Translations under genes and position numbers: made by a program
Shown: piece by piece, positions 38,489 to 49,469 of the stretch
Layout of the letters: every line of letters starts with the position of its first letter
Numbering within the stretch: position 1 is the stretch's first letter
Assembly: GCA_964036045.1 (NCBI GenBank)
Contig: OZ038379.1
Span: 10,974,001 to 11,038,000, forward strand
Length of the DNA stretch: 64,000 nt
DNA from: Eutreptiella sp. 'Long Island Sound 2002'
Taxonomy: Eukaryota > Protista > Euglenida
Reading direction: 5' to 3'
Notes under the pieces: generated by a model
The model's database searches: none
What the model was told of the DNA's origin: nothing
Seen by the model: the letters and a program-made list of their open reading frames with translations, nothing else

Positions 38489-39560
38489 CCAGCCCCTGGG
38501 CTCCCCCTTGAGAGTGCCTGGGATTCTGGGGGGTTGGGTGGGCACGGAGGCTGGCCTGCATCTTAAAGGTGGAATTCTCCTGACCATCATGGCTGTGCTG
38601 ACCCAACACTTCTGGTGGCTCAAGTGTAGGCTACAGTGTGCAGTAGGGGTTCTGGTGCGTCGTCTGTGGATACTGTTGAATCACATTATTTCTGTTTGTG
38701 AGGACTTTCGGTTGGATGAGCCACTGGGGATTTGCCTGATGGCAGTACAGTACCTCTCGCCAGGGGTTTGGGATTCTGTTAATCACCTCTCCACCTCTCC
38801 CAAGCCTAGGGAAGCGAAGGTCACCCCGGAGATTTTGGAGGCTGGTATAGGTAATGTGGGGTGCTATGCGATGTCTGAAGCGGAATGGGATGCTGCGGTG
38901 CCCCCGGAGTTTTTGGAATTCATGAGAACTTTTGATCTGCGGGAGGCTGACAGGGGAAATGGGAGGGTGCGAGCAACGGTGAGTGGAATGACGGACGCCA
39001 TTCGAAGGACTGGTGTTTTACATGATGAATCACCCTCTCTACCGCCAACCTGTTTTCCTTTTGTAATACCCAAAAATGATATTAAGTGCTCCTTGATTTT
39101 AAGTTGCGTGGGTATTCACAGGGGATTGCATCTCAAGCCACCAAAGTTTTCACTAGCGTCTTGGGAGGGAATAGGTAGATGGATGGCGGAGCAGCCGGCT
39201 GGGGTGGAACTGTACGGTACTCATATCGACCTCTCTAATGCCTTCTGGTCGTTCCTGTTACCCAGAAAAGCGAGGCGAATTTTCCGCTTCTTTACCCACC
39301 AGAAGGGGGGGCTCGTGTCGCTGGACCGCCTCCCGTTTGGGTGGGCCTTTTCGCCCTATCTGTGTCAGGAGATATTGGGGCGGGTGGTGGGAGATGCAGT
39401 GCCGGATGGGGTCTTTTTGGTGCATTACTTGGATGACTTTATTTTGTTATCCAGCGACAAACCCCTGCTTGGGACAACCACGAGTCACTTGAAAGATCGT
39501 ATCGTGCGGGCGGGATTCTTGGTTAGTGCTAAGAGCACACTGAGCCCCGTCCAGAATTGC
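38400..39560 (+). CDS. Reverse transcriptase (frame open from 37098; plausible ATG at 38400)
   Basis: FVIPKND, HIDLSNAFW, RLPFGWAFSP, HYLDDFILL and GFLVSAKSTLSP are DIRS-type RT motifs. Confidence 0.92.
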
Positions 39561-40429
39561 TACAGGCCTTGGGGAAGGTGGTTGATTTGAAAGAACGTTC
39601 CATCCAAGTGCAGCCTTTTGTGTTCCTCCAGTTCCTGGTTGCGTGGTTGCGACTGGCCACGGGGGGGTACTCGAAGCGGCGGCTGGACAAGCTGCTGGGT
39701 ACCCTGCAGTGGCATTTGCGGCCACGACGCGGGTTTTCAGGGGTGCTCGCAGGAGCGTATGCCTGGTCGAGATTTGGACCGGAAAGGGCGCCAGCCACCC
39801 CTGTTAAAGTGTTGGAGGGATTGGCGACAGCAATTGCGCGCATAGGCCAGAAGTGGAGACCGCTGTCGGAGTCGCGCATGCGAAGGGTATGGCAGCTGGG
39901 AGGTTGGTGCCTCTCTGAAAGGCCGGCATCTAGAGGCGATTTGTTTGGGGCTGTGATATTGGTGGATGCCGCCAAAGACGGTGTTTGCTACAGGGTGGGT
40001 GGTGTGTTGCCTGCTAACCAGTCTGTGCGAACATGGGTATGCCCGGACGGACCCTGTAACCAGCAGGTGGCGGAGCTCATGGGCATAGCGTGGGCGGTGA
40101 GATTGGCGGTGCGGTTGGGTTGGAAGGTTTTCACTGTCTTCGCCGACAGTATGGTGGGCATTGCTCAGGTGAGGGGTTTGAAGGCAGCATCCCATCTGCG
40201 TACCCAGTTGCGTGTGTTGCGCGCACTGACGTGGGTGCTGTATAACACAGGAGTGATAGTACGTCTAATTTGGGTGCCGTCAGAGCTTCATCCTGCCGAT
40301 CCAATGAGTCGAGTGGACATGGATTTCGGGGGGCGGGTGCACCAAGCTGAGTTGGAGGCGTGGGAGAGATGGCGAGTATTGCAGAAGTATCCTGAACTCT
40401 GCTGGGTGCAAGGCCTAGCTTATGTATGA
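39557..40429 (+). CDS. RT connection plus RNase H (DIRS-type), shifted -1 relative to RT
   Basis: LQALGKVVD, LLGTLQW, ILVDAA (D), QQVAELMG (E), VFADS (D) and WVPSELHPADPMSR (D). Confidence 0.88.
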   Translation: MLQALGKVVDLKERSIQVQPFVFLQFLVAWLRLATGGYSKRRLDKLLGTLQWHLRPRRGFSGVLAGAYAWSRFGPERAPATPVKVLEGLATAIARIGQKWRPLSESRMRRVWQLGGWCLSERPASRGDLFGAVILVDAAKDGVCYRVGGVLPANQSVRTWVCPDGPCNQQVAELMGIAWAVRLAVRLGWKVFTVFADSMVGIAQVRGLKAASHLRTQLRVLRALTWVLYNTGVIVRLIWVPSELHPADPMSRVDMDFGGRVHQAELEAWERWRVLQKYPELCWVQGLAYV

Positions 40430-40480
40430 CGCCCACCTGGGTCGCGCCGCGGGTGTCAGAAGCCAGCCTGGTAAAGCTTT

Positions 40481-40612
40481 CCAGTGAGCCGAGGCAAGCA
40501 TTGTTTAGTATTGTTTCGTGCATGCACTAGGGTTAAACTCGTGTTTTGAGCTTGCTCAAAACACTGGTTTAACTTAATTACCTCTTCATTAGGCATTTGT
40601 CAGTTTGTTCCC
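40481..40612 (+). repeat. Internal B1-A2 junction (copy of the circle junction)
   Basis: CCAGTGAGCC...TAGGGTTAA-A-CTCGTGTTTTGAGC... Confidence 0.93.
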
Positions 40613-41000
40613 CCCCCCCCCCACCCCCTGCCACTAATCGGGGCGGGTTTCTGCCACACTTCATAGCTGTTTTGTGGAGTGGGAGCGGTGGGATGTCCAG
40701 CTTAAGAGCGACAGTAGTGGGCGCAGGGGGGGGGGTTTGAAGGTGAGAGGGTGGCCTGCTCTGACCCCACCCACCCACCCCCTGCCGCGATTGAGTTGCA
40801 TCCGCGCATGACCAGCTATGATGGGCAGGGACGGGGCACTGTATGTTGAATGTATCTTTGCTTTCGTCGGCGGGACATGACAGAATACGCGGGTGAGTGA
40901 GTGCGTGAACGTGTGGGTATTGGTCGGGTCCCCTGCGGGGAGGCGAACGCTGTCGGTCACAACGATGTTATACTGGCCACTACGGTGGCAACTGAACAGG

Positions 41001-41056
41001 CCAGTGAGCCGAGGCAAGCATTGTTTAGTATTGTTTCGTGCATGCACTAGGGTTAA
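41001..41056 (+). repeat. Split direct repeat B2 (right terminus)
   Basis: Identical to 40481-40536. Confidence 0.95.
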
Positions 41057-41574
41057 GCTTAAGGTTTTGTATTTGTCTCTTGAAGCAAGGATGAACATAA
41101 ACCATCCGAGTGTCACGCATCATGAAGCTTTGAGGACATGGATGGGCTGCATGTGTCTCACCCGCATATTGTGCTTTGGAATCAACGCAAAATGATGGAG
41201 TGCAAGCACCGATGTTAGTAGCAAGTGTCATAAAGTTCAATTGCATAGTACGTAGGTGTTTGCCCTCATGCTGTAAATGCTAAAGGGAGGGCATTTCAAT
41301 ACTTTTGCACCCACCGTAAACCCAATTGTCTGCTCGTGCCGCTACTCCGCAGCTACTCCGCAAAAGTTCTTGTGTCATGACGCTACGCTTGTTAGTTCAC
41401 AAAATCATTGTTTTCCATTATTTAAATTATGTATTATGTATGTTCATGTATTACATATTATTCATTTCGTTTATTTACATGTAAAACGTGCAAGTAACCC
41501 GTTTTACCGGCACGAAAACGGGCTATTAACCCGTTTTTCTCGGCCATGTAACCCGTTTTACTGCCGAAAAAATA

Positions 41575-42160
41575 GGTGCTGTTTCTATTTTGTTTTTGGT
41601 TGCAAAGGCAATGCCATAGACTCCGGGTACCATGGACGCATCCCTACAACCCTTGGACTCGAGTCCGGAGACTCCACCCCAATAGGCTATGGTCCGACAG
41701 TCCAATCCCCCATCGTCCTCAGCATATGTATGCCTTGCAACAGAAGACATATTAAGGATGACTCTATGTATCTGGCATATTCATCACCAAGACCATGTCT
41801 TATGTGACTGCACTACATTTGGTACCGAATTCAAGTAGGTTTGAAATAAATACGGTCCCTACTTACTGTGGCATGGACAAGGGCGTGGCTATGACAAAGG
41901 CGAGGGGTACCTTGTTACCTTGTTTGACACAGCCACCTACCATGAGCTACTGCATCACTACTACGGAAACCTACTATGGAAAGGCACACAAACGGTGTTG
42001 TTTCTATTTTGTTCCTAGTTGCAAAGGCAATGCCTCAGACTCCGGGTACCATGGACGCATCCCTACAACCCTTGGACTCGAGTCCGGAGACTCCACCCCA
42101 ATAGGCTATGGTTCGACAGTCCAATCCCCCATCGTCCTCAGCATATGTTTGCCTTGCAAC
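41575..42160. repeat. ~165-bp direct duplication (41575-41740 and ~41994-42160)
   Basis: TTGCAAAGGCAATGCC..AGACTCCGGGTACCATGG...CAGCATATGT.TGCCTTGCAAC is present twice. Confidence 0.9.
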
Positions 42161-42545
42161 GCCAAGCGCAGGGAGCAAAAATTCAGAAGTGGTCCCCAAC
42201 AAAGGGGAGCAAAATCAGAAGTGGCTACCTCACCCCTGCCTTCTCGGGGGCCAAAAAGGGGGCGGAAATGCTATGGTGCCCCTGCATTCTCGGGGATCCC
42301 CAACGCCAAGCGCGGGGAGCAAAAATTCAGAAGTGGTCACCAACAAAGGGGAACAAAATCAGAAGTGGCTACCTCACCCCTGCCTTCTCGGGGGCCCAAA
42401 AGAGGGCGGGTATGCTTTGTCACCCCATTCTCGGGGATCCCCAACACCAAGCGCGGGGAGCAAAAATTCAGAAGTGGTCCCCAATAAAGTAGAACTAAAT
42501 CAGAAGTGGCTACCTCACCCCTGCCTTCATGGGGGCCCAAAAGAG
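42157..42545. repeat. ~143-bp satellite, ~2.7 copies, with internal AAATCAGAAGTGG subrepeats
   Basis: Units start at 42157, 42301 and 42442. Confidence 0.9.
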
Positions 42546-45500
42546 GGTGACGTATTCTTTGTGGCGTTTTGGCGACATTCTCGAATCCCCTCTTAATTCC
42601 ATTTGAGTCCACACGGGCAAGGGAATGGTGACACAAGTGGGCGGTCAGGTTCACGCAAGCCGGGGGTCAGAACCCGCTCCCCAGTCGCCACGTGTGAAAC
42701 CGAAACAGGGCATTCCCGCAGACATACAAATGAACCCACGAGGCACACGCAGAGCGTTGCTAAAGGGTGGGGCTGAGCTGTGCGGGGGGGACCCCAACCC
42801 CGCAGAGGATTGTGAGGCCTTTGTCTTCACATGGGACGGGGCACAACAAACCCGACTGAAACCCCCCGTTCCCAGAAGACCAACAAATGCCATACTACTG
42901 CAGCTGTACATTGGGGGGGGGGGGGGTGGCAGGACAGGGCAGACAGGGGACTAGGGCCCGAACCCACTCCCATGTCCCATCTCCACCCGCGCTTCTTATT
43001 GCCATCCCTGACCGTCCTTGTCGGCCAATGGACAATGCGGCCCAATCACTTACCGGGGGCTTTGGGGGGGGTGTTAGATCCCCCCCACCCCACCCCCCAC
43101 CCGCGAGATGTTGAGTTGTGAAGCAAAATTCTGGGCACCCGCCTAAAATGGTAAAAAAAAATCAACCAATTGAAGACAGCCTTTGACGAAGGTGTGGGGG
43201 TCTGTAAAGGGGGGACGGGGTGCGGACGTACTCCGCGGCCGCCATCTCCATCGTGGCTAAGCGCCAGTGAACATCAAAGCCCAGAGGAACCCACGCCCAC
43301 GGCAGGTATTCGTCTCCGCAAAGCACGGGGTCTCTGGGGCTGAGGTGATCGTACAGTCGACGTGCTCCAGGACCCCTACAAGCTGCCCCATGACTGCCAA
43401 GCGGTGGATACCGATGCCTTCGACTTCATCCAGCGTCATCTCAAAGCACGACCAACCCTAGGTGCACCCGGGGGGCCTCTACCAGAGATGTATTGGATAT
43501 ACTGGATCCTTGTATGGTCCCCCTGACCCCGGCGTCAAAGGTGCCAGAAAAAAATTTTTAAGCTTAAATCCTGTTGCACCAAAGGCGCAGAAGAAAATTC
43601 TGCCTCAAACAGTGGAACGGGAGGAGGGGCGGGGGGGGGGGGGGAGAGGGGTCCAGCCGGGGGGGGGGGGGATCCCCCCTCCTCCGACGGTAAACGGTCG
43701 TTCTAATACATCCCTGGCCTTTACACCATCTCCAGCAGATGCCTGTACATCAGCCCCCTCTCTTTCTGGCCCTCTTTCTGAAGGTCATGCCGTGCCCATT
43801 GCTGCACCCCTGCGCAACCCCATGCTGCGCCCTTGCGCCACCTTGCCCTGCGCCCCTTCGCGGTCCCACCCTGCGCCCCTGCGCAGCTCTGCACTGTGCC
43901 CCAAGAATTTGTACGCTGCCCCCGTGTGCGCCTTTCTGGTGCGGTCCTTCAGGTTTCGACGCAGAGTGGCTTCCTATGAGCAGCCATCTTCACGATCCGC
44001 CTCCTGTAGCATGGACTGCAAGCCGTTCCGAATTGGTACCGCCTGCTTGCTCCGCTCGCATGTCCCATCGCCAACTGTAACCCCTCTTCCAGGACCCCAG
44101 GGTCAGTCCTCCTCCACCACGGATTTGCACGTGGGCTGTGCATCCGCCGGCTCCATTCTTCGCCTGAGAAGAGCGGGTGTGCGACTGAGAGACAGGGGGT
44201 TCCTTCGAAGACCTCTGGTATTTGTGGTCTCCCCCCCCCGGCCCAGAACCGTCCCCCACCCTCTTCCCTTTGCTCAGTGCCGAGTGTGCGCATTGGCGTT
44301 GCTTGCCGATGCTTTTGAGGTCTACCACGTTTTTGGGGGGTTCTTTTGACCCCCTCCCCTGAGTTTTGCTTAAAAGGGGGCGCGGGGGGTCTGGAACCCA
44401 AAAGTCCAACAGTTTGTGTACCAAAAAAATTAGCCCAAATCAATATTTCCTGTTGTACATTTCACTTTTTTCCCACAATGTTTCAAATCGCATCACTGGC
44501 TTCTGTAGGTTTGTCAGATGCTGCCTGTCAAAAAAATCAACCTCCTAACGCTTTGACGGCACTATTAACCGCAAAAGCCAGGTACCACATGACTACGCGT
44601 ATAAAGGCAACTTTTTTGGGACGAAATTTGAATATGTGCTCGCAATGTTGATGCTTCTTATGAACAGATATGCAAGTTGCAAAGCTCGAAGATCATGAAA
44701 TCATGGGTGTTGGTCAAATCGGGTCCGAGAGGGAGGGGTGTTAGCCCCCCCCCCCCCCCAAGGAGATGCTGAGTTGTTAAGCAAAACTCTGCCCCTCCCC
44801 CACAAAAAAATTCTTAATGAATTGCTGCCATGACCTGCCACCCCTCGAGAAAATGGTGGGCTAACAGCGGTGTCCGAAAATGGCTAAGATCGCCAAAAAT
44901 TAATCCAAATAACGCTGTGCAAAAACGGCCGAAACGCCTGAAAACAATACAACTACCGCCATCCGAAAACGGCCAAAGCTGTGTCTGCGGCATATTGCAC
45001 ATCACCGGTCCCGCCCCCGCTCAGGCGCAAGATGTGAAGCCAATGGGTGTCCGTTTGTGGCTGTTGTGGAATCCGGGGATATCCGTGGCCTCCTGTTAAA
45101 TCGGACACGAGCGTGCGGTACCGCCTTTGCTGGAAAAGATCACGGAAAGGCGTGCCAAGTGGTGCCGGCAACAATGATCACTTGGCAATGATCATCGCGG
45201 CATCATGGCAGGGGGTGGTGTCTTCTATGCATGTTGAATTTGTGTTTTGCTTTGCGCTGCCTATGTTACCAATGCAACCTAAGTCTTGAGACTTGTCTCA
45301 CCCCGCCCCCGCCCCCCCCTCTGGCAACATTCGGAACTGGTTGGCAATGGCCATATGCCTTGGGTGCTGTGGACGGGAGTCCCCAAGAAACTGGTGCACA
45401 AATTGCTTAACCAGTTTGCTGCCCCAATAGCACAGCAACCCGTACCTTCAACATGTGACCACGCACCATGTTCAAAGCTCATATATGAAGGTGCGTAGTC

Positions 45501-45659
45501 TTGCCGCATTCATGTGAGTGGTACTCGTCGTGTGCCCACAGGTAACACAGTCCCCTCTACGCTTCGAGGTGTGTTGCCGAAGGCAATAGAGGTTTGGTTC
45601 GGCGCCTTTGGCCCCGGATTTCATGGCGAGTGCTGCATCGATGGTGGTTGGCGGTCAAC

Positions 45660-45790
45660 GGCAGTGGCGGCAGGCGTTCACACCACGGATGGTTGGAACA
45701 GGGCTGTATGACAGTGCGAGGGCCGACTGCAAAGACCATAGGCTGCAGTCTTGGTCTTGACGCGCACACGATGCCTCGCGCCAGACCTGG
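45660..45790 (+). repeat. Dispersed ~125-bp repeat (second copy at ~48992-49117)
   Basis: Both copies share AACAGGGCTGTATGACAGTGC.AGGGCCGACTG.AAAGACCAT.GGCTGCAGTCTTGGT...GCGCCAGACC. Confidence 0.85.
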
Positions 45791-47399
45791 GCCGGTCGGC
45801 ACAGACGAGGGTGAGTACTTGAATGCTTGGCAGGAGCCTACTACTGCCAAACTGAGGAAACTTGTGCTGTGTGCATGTCAAATCACATCATATTTTTTGT
45901 AGTGCGCTTTGGCCTGTGGTGGTGGGGCTACGAGAATATGCCACACAAGCCCTACACAACTGTCGTGCAGGATTCGTTCCACAGAATTTCTCACCTGGAA
46001 ACCCCCCCTTGGCCCAGAAAGAAGACTGGGTTGTGGCAGTAAGCCGGCAAGCGTTAGCAGCGCATGAAGCAGAAGAAAGCCCCGTCAGTGGCTGTGGAGG
46101 ACCATGGGTACCTTTCTGTCACAAAGAGGGACGGATTGGTGGGCCCTCGATGAACAGGGGCAATCAGCGGTTCAACAGCGGCGGTTGGCGGTCAACTGAC
46201 GACGGTTGGCGGCTGGCAGGACGGTGCACCAGGTGCAGGGGGGGGGGGGGCTCCCGAGGGCAGAAAGAAGAACAAAAAGGGCCCCCACAAGACCCGTGGC
46301 AACGCACTTTGCACAGTGCCCAACAAAGAGCATCATGCCGGTCCCCAAGGCCCCCCTTGTGGGCAGCACTTCTTTTCACGTAGGCACACACACACATACC
46401 GTCCCATGATGGTGCCCTCGTCAGGGCTCTGCAGCAGATCACTGGATTCGGGGTCCGCCCACGTCAGCTCCACCCACTTACATTGTGTAAGCACCAGCTG
46501 CTCCTACAACACGCAAGCCGTGCAGACTGGCGAGCGTTGGCCACGCAGGAGATCAAAGGCCGGGGTTAATCTCCAAGATCAGCACAACTCATTTCACAGC
46601 CCATATCACATCCTGTACACATCTCTTGTGGCGCCCCCCCCCCCCTTTTGCAGGTGCACGCATTTTGTGTGCACTAGGCAACCCCCCGCCCCCTTGTGGT
46701 CTGCCATGTGACAGACCCACTCGCCGGCCCACACATATCACACGCTGTGCAGATCCATTGAAGGGAACACCCGCTGGTGGCATCGCACAGTAAAAAATGA
46801 GCCAAAAGCGCACGAGTAACCCAAAAGCGGGCCCATGGTGCTTTAAACCTGGGCGGGCTTGGAAGAGGGAGTGTGGTAGGCGCAGGGGTATGCCCCTCAA
46901 TCCGCACTATAAAATTCGCATTATTTTTCTGGGTTCACTTTTTCAGGTTTGGAGTAGTGTTAGGCCAAAAGAAAGGCCCTGATAACCCCAGCCCTACCCC
47001 TACTCCTGGAACACGGACCCTTCTTTGATTCGGATTAGCGGTCAGTGGTGGGGTTGTAGGAGAAGCAAAGTGAAGCACAGAGAAAAGGTCCTGCATTGGA
47101 CAATGACACACAACAAAATTCTGTGCTGGGCAACTGCATTGACTTTGGTGTTCGCTAATCCTACGCTTACTCAACTTTCCTCAACGTTGAAATGTGAAAT
47201 CAGCAGCACCATTGGTATCATGATCCTGAAGCTACAATCTGTCAAACATAGGGCAAGGTGGGGGGGGGGGGGGGTCCGCATACAGGGAATGGGCCCGCCT
47301 CCCGCCTTATGACCACATAATCTACATGGCATTGACAAAACCAGCATCAACATGGTGATTGTCCCGGTAAAGTGTGCAAGATTCACGCAAAAAAAATTA

Positions 47400-47705
47400 G
47401 CTGCCCGCCCCGACACGACCGCCCATCCACCCTGACACGCCTACCAGCCAGCCCCAACATGCCCGCCTGCCCACCGTGACACGCCCGCCTGCCCACCCTG
47501 AGACACGTGCCTGCCGGTGTAGACACACGTGCCTGCCCGCCCCACTGCGCCCGCCCGACACGCCCTCCCGCCCACACCAACACGCCAGGCTGCCCGCCCT
47601 GACACGCCCGCGACACACGTGCCCACCCGCCCGCCCACCTACCCTGACATGTGCATGCACCCCCACATGCACGCGCTCCCGGACACGCCCCCGGCCACAC
47701 ACCCG
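47400..47705. repeat. GC-rich low-complexity (GCCC/CACGCC) repeat
   Basis: CCCGCC, CACGCC and GACACG motifs are reiterated. Confidence 0.8.
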
Positions 47706-49469
47706 CCTCATTTTGAGATAATAGGAAAATGAGGGGCTCAAAACCCGACCCCAGAGTTTTGCTTAAGGGAGGTGGGGGATGGGGGGGGTCCAAGGGGGGG
47801 AGGGGGGGCTCACCACAAATGTGTACCATAGTATCACAGTGCAGGTCAGCTTCGGCGCCTTGTAGAAATTTGCTTTGGCGCCTTCGGCGCCTAGTATTTC
47901 CTATGCTTTCTGGGCCAAGGTGACGGTTCCCCCCCTGGGGGCGGGGGGATTTCAAAGGGGGTAGGGAAGGTACCATTGACGAAGGGCAGTGGCAGCCTTC
48001 GTAGCCCATGCACTCCACCGCAAAAACTCTTTCGCCACATCTTCATACCCCATGCTTTGGCTCCGGGTCTGGCACTATTTCGGCTCATTTTCAACCCAGG
48101 GGAATCGCCCTTCAGCCACTACACTCTAAACACATACGCTGTGTAGAGGGGTGGAGTGCACAAAACGTAGTGTGACGCACAGTCTGAAAGGCAGTCAACC
48201 TGCACTTTAGGGTCCATCACCTTTTTTGTCTCCTTGGTCTCCTGCTGCTGCAGGGCCAATTTCTCGTTCAGCATGTCAACAAACTTCCGTTTGGCCTCGG
48301 CGTGCGATGGATCAGTGGATGCAACCTGAAAACACAGACAAACATGCTTGCAGTAAATCCGAACCCAACAGTGACCTCCTGAGCAGACCCATGGGGTGCG
48401 TGCAGGAAAGGCTCAGTACGTGTGCCGGGTGATACAGATGTAGGCAGAGGGTTGGGTTTCACCAGGAAATTGTCCGGATTTTTTGTCGACAGACGGTCAG
48501 GAAGTGTTTTTTGGGAGATGAAAATGGGCCTTATGCCCACAGATGTGCTTCTGCCCCTTGGTGTTCCTCCAGTGCTGGCGACACCCATGGGGGGAGAGGG
48601 GGGGGGGGGTTCTGGATATCATGAAGCACTTCTACCCATGCGCAGACCGCGGTGCTGCTGCTGAGCACATTCCACTCATCCAACATCAACGCCTCTGAAC
48701 TATCACTTTGGTGAGCGAGAGACCGGCCAGTCTGAGGCTATGAAGCGACAAACATCGAAACAGTCTTGAGAGCAATCAAAGCAAACACAGCGGGGGGGGG
48801 GGGGGCTGTGCCAGGGAAATTCTGCAGCAGCTTATTCTGATGGACGGGGGGGGGGGGCTGTGCCAGGGAAATTCTGCAGCAGCTTATTCTAATGGCACAC
48901 ATTCTATGCAAATTGTACAGTAGCCAGAATATGCCCATGGATCGTCACCGAGGTGGTCCCCTCCGTTGGGCAAGCCACCGTCGGCAGCCCCAAATGGCGG
49001 CAGCCGTTCAAATCACGGATGATTGAAACAGGGCTGTATGACAGTGCTAGGGCCGACTGTAAAGACCATCGGCTGCAGTCTTGGTGTTGCCACGCAGGCG
49101 ATGCCCCGCGCCAGACCTTGAAAAACCTTGAGTGAGAGCACCTGGTCACACTCAACGTGATCGGGGCACGGTGCCAGTCACTGCAACACACACTGTAGGC
49201 TAGGAAACTGAACCCGAGGCTGGGAGATGGCCCACGCTACCCACAGCAATGCACACCCTTCTACCCACCGCTGTGTGCAGGACACTATTCACATCATGCC
49301 ACATCGTATCCAGTACCACCTCCCCCACCTCGCCTACATGCGATGACAACACTGCACACAGTGCCATCGCAACGGTTCAGCCTTGCAACCCCAGAAGTGT
49401 GGTCGTGCAATTTTGCTTCCGGTGGGGCTTTGCGTCATGTACGAGGGGTTCGTTCCACTGCCACGTCTT

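Larger units (their letters stand above)
36009..41057 (+). mobile_element. Tyrosine-recombinase (DIRS-order) retrotransposon, VIPER/TATE-like gene order gag-YR-RT-RNaseH, with split direct repeats A1 - ORFs - B1 A2 - spacer - B2
   Basis: A1 36009-36083 matches A2 40538-40612 (75 bp, 1 mismatch). B1 40481-40536 matches B2 41001-41056 (56 bp). YR, RT and RNase H motifs are present, and the boundaries are confirmed by the empty site in the other IR arm. Confidence 0.93.
35109..41399. repeat. Right arm of the inverted repeat, interrupted by the YR retrotransposon (35109-36010 plus 41058-41399)
   Basis: See left arm. Confidence 0.95.

Noticed and set aside
43462-44443. ORFs 43462-44349 (+) and 43949-44443 (-)
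   Set aside because: Largely composed of G/C-run dispersed repeats, with no motif and no clear splice sites.
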